Source of the DNA: Saprolegnia diclina VS20
Taxonomy: Eukaryota
Length of the DNA stretch: 64,000 bases
Direction of reading: 5' to 3'
Assembly: GCF_000281045.1 (NCBI RefSeq)
Contig: NW_008246074.1
Location: 133,211-197,210, forward strand
The translations under genes and the position numbers were made by a program. The first letter of the stretch is position 1. Every line of letters starts with the position of its first letter. The notes below the pieces were generated by a model. It was not told the origin of the DNA, ran no database searches, and was given only the letters and a program-made list of their open reading frames with translations. Below, one piece after another: positions 50,902-61,041 of this stretch.

Positions 50902-51605
50902 GCTGCGGGTTGGCGCTGGCAAATGAAAATGCACACCCGTTAGAAAACCCACTCAGTCACACGACCGTGTGCCCCGGGGTACTACTCCAAAGTCCGTGGT
51001 TCCTACCCGACGTGGCGTTATAACCGACATACAAACATGTAGTCGTATGGTACTTGCGGGAAAAAGGAGTATATTAATATCCATGAATTCCAGCACCACA
51101 TGGAAACACTTATTCTATTATATAAGTCCATGTATGGACTAGTGTCTACGGACAAAAAAGCGGCCCGTGGACACGATATTTTATTTTATTAAATGCGTGT
51201 CGTTCGAGACATGCACGTGGGATTTTGCCTTTTTCACGCGTGTGAAACCCATGTGAAGAATGTGCGTTTCGCAACGACAGCACTCTTACGCTTACGGTCG
51301 GCGTCCAAGACAGAGCGACGTTGGCACCCAATTTGCTTCGGTCTCGATGGACGACCGCAGCGACGGGATTAAACAAATGTATATTATTACCAGCGTCGTA
51401 CATGGGCGTTGGAATATTAATATGCACCCGAAGAACACGGTGCAGATCTTCGTTTTTGTCAAGGAAATGCGCACTTTATTGGAGTACTATATAAACACCG
51501 AGTGCAACGTTAAGAACGAGGCAGCTCCTCAGCATACACCCGATAAAGTGCGCTCGGATCCCACGCCAGCACGGAAGTCATCTCCCAATCTCGCCGGTCG
51601 CAGCC

Positions 51606-52956
51606 ATGTCGAGCCGCTTCTCGCTGACGCGCCAGGTCGACCGCAACTCGGGGCGCCGGGACAGCACGGTCGACCACAGCGCCATGGAGCTCAACCGGCG
51701 CCTGAGCGTCGAGCAGCCCGCGGTCACGAGCGTGCCCCACTTCTTTGTCGGTCCCGCGACGCCGTCGCTCGACAAGGACGCACCGCTCCGTGCGCTCCAC
51801 GGCGAGCGCAAGATTGTCAAGAGCAAGGTCGCTGCCTGGCTGGACTCGGAGCCGCAGGACGAGGCCGCGAATGCTGTTGGCATGACTCGCTTCCAAGCGG
51901 CCGGGCGCTACTTTGGCATGAAGGTCGCCAGTATTGCTGGAGCGATGCTCAAGGATCCCGACACACAAATCAACCCCGATTCGTTCTGCGACGGCTGCGG
52001 CATGGACCCGATCGTCGGCCACATGTACACGTGCTCGCAGTGCGACAACTACAATCTTTGCACGAGCTGCTATCGGTCGGGCATCCACGGCTACGAGAAC
52101 AGCGCGCTCCTCAAGGCCGTCCGCGAAGACTACGCAGTCATGGCGGTCGTCGAGCAGTGCAAGCAGCTCGTGCCCGATGAGGTGTTTACGCTCCTTATGA
52201 AGCAAGTCTGCCGCGGCCAAGTCGACCGCTTCAAATTTCTTGTGCGATATCTGCACCTCGAGCCTCTTCTCACGCATGTTCTCTGTAGGCCAACTGGATC
52301 TGCGGCGTCGTCCTTGGCAACAGCATTAGCACGCTCTCGGTACGCGGTATTGAGATCCCGCATCTCGGCAAGGAGACGCGCGCGCGCCTCGTGGAGCTCC
52401 TCACACCCCCGCTCTCGGAGCGCGAAGACATTGAGGTGTCGATGGAGTGGTTCACACAGGTACACACATATTGCAGGTCGACTTTCGAACTTACGTTGCA
52501 TGTTCTTAGCCGGACGAAGGAGCCATCTCGGAAACACTGCGCATTTGGGTCTGCACCGACAAGGAAACCAAGTCGCCATTTGCTCCACGGACCAATAGCC
52601 CCATCATTTACAGCCCTGGTGCTGGCCCCGTCCTGCCGCCATCGCCGTCGGCGTCGGACCTTCTCTCGCCGCCGTCGTCGGTCGGTGGGCTCCCAACGAT
52701 CGCACCTCCGTCGCCGCCAGGGCTCGACTTGCTGCCGCCACCTGTTGTCAGCATCTCGCAGCCCAACAGTCCGGCTGTGAAATCACCGCCGGTCAAGCCC
52801 AAACTCTCGAGCCCGATTCCGCGCGCCGAGCTGCGCCACGACGAGAGCCTTGACGGCCCGTGCACGCCTCGGTTTGCGGCCGACGACGACGAGCTCAAGG
52901 TGGCGACACTCACGGCCAACACCAAGCAGCTGCATGTCGCCAACCCTAGTTACTAG
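51606..52956 (+). CDS. ZZ-type zinc-finger protein
   Basis: CDGCGMDPIVGHMYTCSQCDNYNLCTSCYRSGIH; two short introns; Pro/Ser-rich tail. Confidence 0.82.
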
Positions 52957-53252
52957 TCTGCTCCTCGAGCCAACGTACATGAAAATCATCATACCCTTTC
53001 TGCCTCCACCCGCCTCCTTTTGCATGCAGTGGCGGTCGCGTGACGCGACATGCGTCAAGGATATGTACGGCGTTGGTCTTGTCAAATGCCGACGCTCGCT
53101 CCCACCAAAGTGCCGATACTGGGCACGATCCAGCGGTTGCATCCAGTGTATGCGCCGACATGTCGATCTAAATGTGCAACGGTCCGCCTGTCTATATAAA
53201 GGCGCGCGGTTTCCGACACGTTGACACAAATTGCATAATTTTAGAACCGCCG

Positions 53253-56200
53253 ATGCAGCAAGCGCGACGCCAGCTCAAGCGCCTCAGCGGCGTCGTCGTC
53301 GCCACGCGCAACAAGCTCATCAAGCAGCGCAAGCGAGGCGAGTCGATGCGCAAGTGGGTCGGCCGCAACTTGGACAACTCGCGCCTCGCAGCGATCCTCG
53401 ACCTCTACCAAGTGCTCCTCGGGTACCAACATGTTTATGACGACTCTGTGTCGATACCATGCGCAGGGTGATTGTGACGGGCATGTACAGCCTCCGTAAC
53501 TGGAATGCATGGGACACGTCGCTCGACTCGATGACGACGCGGTACATCCAAGCCTTCTTTGGCACGGTCTTTCTCTTTGACTATTTACTGCGGTATGGAC
53601 GAGTCTATCCATATCATACTGCGCTCATATCGCACTAGGCTCTATGCGGCCGACAACCGCAAAGCGCACGTCCTCGCGCCGCTCGCGATTATGGATTTTC
53701 TGGCGATTTTACCCCAATTTATCGAGCTCCTCGTGCCCGACAGCTTTAGCCGCGACCACTATCTGTGGGTGACTGCGATCAAGACATTTCGACCGTTCCG
53801 ATGCCTTTGCTGCTTTCGACTGCTCGTGTTTGCTACGACCGCGCGGCAGCGAGAGACGTTTGTGCTCTTTAGCGCCGTCATTTGCATCATCATTTGCTTT
53901 GGCTCGATGCAACAGGTAAACTACCATGTAGTTATGAACATTCAGAGTCAACATGTAACTAGGCCATCGAGGCGTGTCCGTGCAAGCGCAATGCGACGAA
54001 CCCGACCAACTGCTCGANNNNNNNNNNNNNNNNNNNNNNNNNNNNNNNNNNNNNNNNNNNNNNNNNNNNNNNNNNNNNNNNNNNNNNNNNNNNNNNNNNN
54101 NNNNNNNNNNNNNNNNNNNNNNNNNNNNNNNNNNNNNNNNNNNNNNNNNNNNNNNNNNNNNNNNNNNNNNNNNNNNNNNNNNNNNNNNNNNNNNNNNNNN
54201 NNNNNNNNNNNNNNNNNNNNNNNNNNNNNNNNNNNNNNNNNNNNNNNNNNNNNNNNNNNNNNNNNNNNNNNNNNNNNNNNNNNNNNNNNNNNNNNNNNNN
54301 NNNNNNNNNNNNNNNNNNNNNNNNNNNNNNNNNNNNNNNNNNNNNNNNNNNNNNNNNNNNNNNNNNNNNNNNNNNNNNNNNNNNNNNNNNNNNNNNNNNN
54401 NNNNNNNNNNNNNNNNNNNNNNNNNNNNNNNNNNNNNNNNNNNNNNNNNNNNNNNNNNNNNNNNNNNNNNNNNNNNNNNNNNNNNNNNNNNNNNNNNNNN
54501 NNNNNNNNNNNNNNNNNNNNNNNNNNNNNNNNNNNTCGGCCATGTCGGACGCCGATCTCCAACGCGCCAGTGCGTCAACCGCGCGGCTATGTTTCGTCTT
54601 GGCCAACAAGCTCTCGCCGGACGCCGACCAGAGCGACACAGCGTGCAACTTTATCACCATCTCGCTCCGGCACTTCAACAAACACGGTAGGACCCTACCC
54701 CTAGACACATTTGGTTTGACAAAAAAGGGTACAATAGTCCCCATTTTCGTCCAAGTGCTAAAGTCGGACAACATTGGTCACTTGCACCTCTCGGGCGCCA
54801 ACAACGTCCTCTGCGTGGACCAGTTGAAGCTGGCCATTCTCGCCAAGTCGTGCTTGATGCCGGGTACGGCGGCGCTCATTTGCAGCATCCTCTTTACGTT
54901 TCGCCCAGCGGTCGGTCTTCGGTGCGCGCATGTTTGATGAGCCAATTTCGACATAGCATCTTTCTATAGGGAGGCGACGTGGGCCTCGTCGTTTCTCCAA
55001 GGCTGCAGCCACGACNNNNNNNNNNNNNNNNNNNNNNNNNNNNNNNNNNNNNNNNNNNNNNNNNNNNNNNNNNNNNNNNNNNNNNNNNNNNNNNNNNNNN
55101 NNNNNNNNNNNNNNNNNNNNNNNNNNNNNNNNNNNNNNNNNNNNNNNNNNNNNNNNNNNNNNNNNNNNNNNNNNNNNNNNNNNNNNNNNNNNNNNNNNNN
55201 NNNNNNNNNNNNNNNNNNNNNNNNNNNNNNNNNNNNNNNNNNNNNNNNNNNNNNNNNNNNNNNNNNNNNNNNNNNNNNNNNNNNNNNNNNNNNNNNNNNN
55301 NNNNNNNNNNNNNNNNNNNNNNNNNNNNNNNNNNNNNNNNNNNNNNNNNNNNNNNNNNNNNNNNNNNNNNNNNNNNNNNNNNNNNNNNNNNNNNNNNNNN
55401 NNNNNNNNNNNNNNNNNNNNNNNNNNNNNNNNNNNNNNNNNNNNNNNNNNNNNNNNNNNNNNNNNNNNNNNNNNNNNNNNNNNNNNNNNNNNNNNNNNNN
55501 NNNNNNNNNNNNNNNNNNNNNNNNNNNNNNNNNNNNNNNNNNNNNNNNNNNNNNNNNNNNNNNNNNNNNNNNNNNNNNNNNNNNNNNNNNNNNNNNNNNN
55601 NNNNNNNNNNNNNNNNNNNNNNNNNNNNNNNNNNNNNNNNNNNNNNNNNNNNNNNNNNNNNNNNNNNNNNNNNNNNNNNNNNNNNNNNNNNNNNNNNNNN
55701 NNNNNNNNNNNNNNNNNNNNNNNNNNNNNNNNNNNNNNNNNCTCCCCAACCACTTGCGCGATTTCATTGCACCGCTGCGGCAGCTCCGGCGCCGGGGTAC
55801 GATGGGTGCAGCGACGCGCGACGCTATCCCGATCGTCATCATCAGCAACCGCGTCTTGACCAAGAAGCAGTTTGCGGGCATTCAGTCGTATGAGCATGTC
55901 TACTATCTCCGCGGCTCGCCGCTTGCGCTACCCATCCTCGAGACTGCACGAGTCGGTCGCAGTAAACGCATTGTGATCTTGCGCAACTGCTCCGAACTCG
56001 CGAACGGTGAAACCGAGACCGACCCGAACGACGTGATGGACCAAAACATGATCGACACGGATGCGATTACCCTCCATCGATTCCTCACCGAAGTGTGCGC
56101 GGCGCAGCGCTCGGACGACATGGCGCGACCGACGATCCTCATTGAGCTCGTGCGATATTATCGTATGGCGTGGTTGTAGCTCATTTCGAGTATGTAGAGC

Positions 56201-56750
56201 CGTCCGAATAGCCTCCGGTTTTTGAAGGACCCGACGCTCAACTACCATGACGACGACGACGCGATCAAGATGCTGACCAAGCAAGCGATTGCGCGCGTCG
56301 ACGATCCGCTCGACCGTATCTGCAACCCGTTGTATGCGTCGGGTACAAGCGGCCAGAATGCACAGAGTGTCATGTGTTGTGCGTAGGCAAAGTGTTTGTG
56401 TCGAATGCTCTCGATGCGCTCTTGGGGACGTGCAACAAGTATGGCAGCCTTCTGGAGCTCGTGCAGCTGCTCGTTTTGGGCGAAAATAATGCGGGTGGGC
56501 TCGATCAGATGGACATTCCGGTGCTCCAAAATGGCCGCCCGTACGGCGCTTGCTTCGAAGAGCTGCTTGTGCACCAAGTACGTTTGTACAACGGTCACTC
56601 GAGTTGGAGCTCATTTTTTGTATTTTTTAGGGCATTTTGTGTCTCGGGGTCTACCGCGCGCGGCCCGAAGCCGACACGAGCTACGTGGTCGTCAACCCGA
56701 ATCCAGGGCTCGTCCTCGATCCTGCCGACAAGCTCTTTGTGCTGCGGTAG
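53253..56750 (+). CDS. Slo/BK-type potassium channel, paralog 2 (pore and part of the linker fall in gaps)
   Basis: RKWVGRNLDN, RLYAADNR, S4 KTFRPFRCLCCFRLL, RASASTARLCF, KLAILAKSCLMPG, PLYASGKVF, VVVNP..DKLFVLR*. Confidence 0.85.
54018..54535. other. Assembly gap
   Basis: Run of N. Confidence 0.99.
55016..55741. other. Assembly gap
   Basis: Run of N. Confidence 0.99.
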
Positions 56751-56826
56751 CATGCGTTTCGGCGCAGCTAATTTTGGCGCCAACAACCAACGACCTGAGC
56801 CAAAACCGACCGACTTTTGAATTTGG

Positions 56827-59650
56827 ATGCGGCTCAAGCGGGTGCGGGCGAGCGCCCGGCGCCTCCACGCGCTTCTGATCAAGCCCCGGAAGCGCGACGA
56901 GAGCTTCCGGCGCTGGGTCGGGCGCAACCTCGACAAGTCTATCCTTGGCGCCACGATTGACCTCTTCCAAGCCTTTCTCGGGTACTCGCCTCTCGGTGTT
57001 CTCCAAGCGATGACATTATCACATTGTAGACTCATCGTCACGGGTCTCTATGGCCATAAAAACTGGATTGGCTGGAACAACACCCCCGACGCGGCCGAGC
57101 TGCGCTATTTCCACGCCGTCATTGGGTCGGTCTTCCTCTTTGATTATTGCCTTCGGTACGTTTGGAAAGGAGATCCGCGATTAACAATTTTCGGCAGATT
57201 CTTTGCGGCCGACAACCGCCAGTCGTATGTGCTGGCGCCGCTCGCCATCATGGACTTTCTCGCGATCTTTCCGCAGTTTACCGAGCTCGTCTTCTCGGAG
57301 GCATACCACAATGCGCACATTCTCTGGTTTGGCGCGGTTCGGACGCTGCGGCCGTTCCGGTGCCTTTGCTTCTTCCGGCTCGTGTCTTTTGCCTCGACAG
57401 CCAAGCAGCGCGAGTCGCTCCTGCTTCTTATCACCGTCACGTGCATCATCATTTGCTTTGGGGGCATGCAACAGGTGGCTCAACTCTTGGACTTTATATT
57501 GCTCTTACGAAAGTGGGCTAGGCCATCGAGGCGTGCCCGTGCAGTGCGCTCGGCGCCAACTGTACACCGGCCACGCGCGCCGTGCAAGCCGCCCACTGCC
57601 AAAACCTAACGTTCTACAACGCCATCTACTTTGTGGTCATTACAACCGCAACGCTCGGGTTACGTTTTGGATGTCATACATGTAGTCTATATGACGGTTG
57701 GTATAGGTCGGGCGACATTGCTCCCAAATCGCAGATGGGCCGTCTCGCGGTGATCATCCTCATCATTGCGTCCAGTTTGCTGCTGCCACTTCAAATCTCA
57801 ACGCTGAGCGACGTTCTCAACCGAGAGACCGAGTACGACAAGGCGTTTACCGAGCGCAAGGAGAAGCACCCGCATGTCCTTATTTGCGGCGACGTCAACT
57901 CGGGCGCGTTGGATTTCTTTCTGCGGCAGTTTCTGCACCCGACCAACATGAACTGGAAAGACAAGGTCGTGATCCTATCGCCGACCCTGCCATCGAGCAA
58001 CCTCAAACGTATTTTGCTCAACGGCGCCTACGAGCAACGGGTCAAGTACCTGCAAGGCTCGGCGATGCTCGACTCGGACCTCCAGCGCGCCAGTGCGTCG
58101 ACTGCGCGGCTTTGCTTTGTCTTGGCCAACAAACTCGCACCCGACGCCGACCAGAGCGACACAGGGTCCAACTTTATCACGATCTCGCTCCGGCACCATA
58201 GCAAGCGCGGTAGGACCCTACCCCTAGCCCAGATTTTGTTGGACAAAAAAGGGTCCAATAGTCCCTATTTTCGTCCAAGTGCTCAAGTCGGACAATGTCA
58301 AGCACGTCTCGCTCTCGGGCGCCGACAACATTTTGTGCGTCGACCAGCTCAAGCTCGGGATCTTGGCAAAGTCGTGCTTGATGCCGGGCACAGCGGCCTT
58401 GATCTGTAGCGTTCTCTTTACGCTACGGCCGTTGATGGTCGACCAACGGTTGGGCCATTTGCGTGTGGTTTGGTTTATTATGTTTTGTGTCGACTAGGGA
58501 CGGGTCGTGGGCCGCCGAATTTCTCTCGGGCTGCAGTCAACACTTGCACGAAGTGCACTTGCCCGTGTACTTGGACCGGCTCGTGTCGTTCGAGCTGTTT
58601 GCTCACGTCTTGTACCATGAATACCACATGGTTTCTTTGGGCGGCTGCGGTGGGGACGGCTCGTATTTTTTGTTTACACCGTCGCGGGTTCTCGGCGCCG
58701 ACATGGTGCTCTACGTCCTCTCGTCCGACCTGGATGTCGCGCCAACGGTAGCCGGGCTCTCGTTGACGACGCTGCAAAAGTCGATTTTTGTTTTTCGATT
58801 CCTCAAATATTGAAAACGAATTCATTTTTAGGTACAAGGCGCGATTGCCCAACTTTGACAAGATCACTCAGGCGTGGAATCGCACGACATTTACGACCAA
58901 ACTAAGGACAGCGGCCCGTGCGTCAAGGGCCTCGTTCAGCACGTCGTTTAAAGCGTCCGTGTCCCGCGTCGGGTCGCTCTCCAATATCCTTCGCCCGGGC
59001 ATGAATAGCGCCAAGCCCGAGCCGAGTGCCAAGTCCCGAGTTAACTCGCGCGTTAGCCCCGTCTTGCCCTACTCGTTTGTCGACGACGAGACGCCGGACG
59101 CGCCCACCAGTGAGGTTCATTCGGCCCCCGAGGATGACGCGCTGGCCCCCGAGAATGACGTGCCGCCGTCCTCGCCATCGCACGAATCGGGCGCGTGTCC
59201 ATTTTTGCCCACGGCGCTGGTGCGTCACGTAGTGCTCTGCGGTATGCCGCACTCGCTCCACGACTTTGTTGCGCCGCTGCGTCAAGAGCGGGGGATGGCC
59301 CCCGGCCTCGGGGGGACGCACCATTTGAGCAACGTCCCGATCGTCGTGATTGCGCTCAGTCGCATGACGCCCAAGGAGCACGCGGCGATCGCGGTTTACT
59401 CGAACGTGTTTTTTGTGCAAGGATCGCCACTCTCGCTACCGACGCTCTTACGCGCTCGCGTGCACACGAGCAAGAGTGTCGTGATTCTCCGCTCGTGCGG
59501 CACGACAGTCCGCAACAGCAGCGACCTCATTGACCAAAACCTCGTCGATATGGACGCGATCACGGTGCATCGGTTCATTTCGGATGTCTGCGCCATGCAC
59601 ACACCCTCCGGAATGCCTCGTCCCATGATCCTTATTGAGCTCGTACGTAC

Positions 59651-59732
<82 letters not shown>

Positions 59733-60340
59733 GATTTATCTCATGCTCGACGGGACTGACACGAAAGACTGTAGAGTCGACCGAACAGTCTTCGGTTCCT
59801 GAGCGATGACAGCGGCGCTGTGGATAATGACGAGAGAGCGTCGATGAAGCGACTGACGCAACTAGTTATTTCCCGCGCCGACGATCCGCTCGACAACATT
59901 TGCCACCCACTGTATGCCTCCGGTACGTCGAGTCTTGGCATTCGTATGCAATAGATCAACACGAGTACTGTCTAGGGCATGTCTTTATCGCCAACGCGTT
60001 GGACGCGCTCATGGGCAACTGCAACAAGTACGGCAGCGTGATTGATCTCGTTCATTTGCTCGTGCTTGGCGACGACGCGACCGGCGCGTCGTGTGCACTC
60101 GACCAGATCGACGTACCACGGACGCTGTGGGGCCGGCCGTATATCGCGGCGTTCGAAGCGCTGTTGACGCACCACGTACACTGCTCGTGCGGGCGCAGCG
60201 TTTGGCTCATCGCAAGAGTGTAGGGCGTACTCTGTCTTGGCGTGTACCGCGTGCGCGGAGACAAGGCCAATTTTGTGCATGTCAACCCACCCCCCGACGT
60301 TGTCCTCAACGCCCACGACAAACTATTTGTCCTTCACTAA
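56827..60340 (+). CDS. Slo/BK-type channel, paralog 3, with an atypical TLGSGD filter
   Basis: Collinear with paralog 1 through S1-S6, RCK1 and RCK2; the pore reads YFVVITTATLG|SGDIAPKS after splicing 57659-57706. Confidence 0.9.
59651..59732. repeat. (TCTA)n microsatellite, about 20 copies, intronic in channel paralog 3
   Basis: Uninterrupted TCTA run following the GTACGT donor site. Confidence 0.97.
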
Positions 60341-61041
60341 TAACTTATTCAACTACAAAATTATGACGCAAGACATCATAACTCAGTAGTCGTTACTCGT
60401 ATACACGCACAGAGTTGACAAAAGAAAGCTCCATGAAGACGGATTGATCCTTGACAGTAGGCTGTGTGGACTGCGACTTTATCAAGGACGCGTCGAGCAC
60501 GCTTCACGCGGTTCCGGTCCCCTTGGGCGTGGCCTCGCCGACAATGCTCTTGGGCTACCCCTACGCGACGCTCAAGACGACCTCCAACATGCACCAAGCC
60601 GCATTCCGCAACCTCTGGCGCGCGCTCCGCGCGGGCATCGGGTTCAACGTCTGGCGAGTTGGGAACGATCGAGTCGTTCGCGCAGATCTACGACTACTAA
60701 GTCCAAGGATAACTGCCGTCAAGCCAAGCGTCGCAAATTGGATTTGCGCGCGTTTTGACGCCTCAACTAAACGTGTTTCGCGTTAACTTCACAATTTCAC
60801 AAAGACGTTGCATACGTAGAGACCAGCAATCTCCTTCTTCATTCGCTCGCCGGTCCGTGGCTGCGCAGGCGGCGGCGCGGGGGCTCGTCTGGCTCTTCTG
60901 TCGTCGCCCGATGACGCTTGCGGCCGCGGGCGAGGCACTGGACGACACGGTCGGTCAAATCTTTCCAGGCGGCGGCAAAGCTACGCACTGTGTCGAGGTC
61001 CTCGGGAGACGCCAGCGACTGAGGCGGCTAAATTGAGTTGT

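Noticed and set aside
51126..51145. AGTCCAT-GT-ATGGACT palindrome overlapping CTAG
   Set aside because: Short and isolated, with no other element hallmarks.
53559..55897. Long ORFs containing X runs
   Set aside because: Artefacts of translating through N gaps.
59641..59759. LSIY-repeat peptide at the end of ORF 58788-59759
   Set aside because: Read-through into an intronic (TCTA)n microsatellite after a GTACGT donor.
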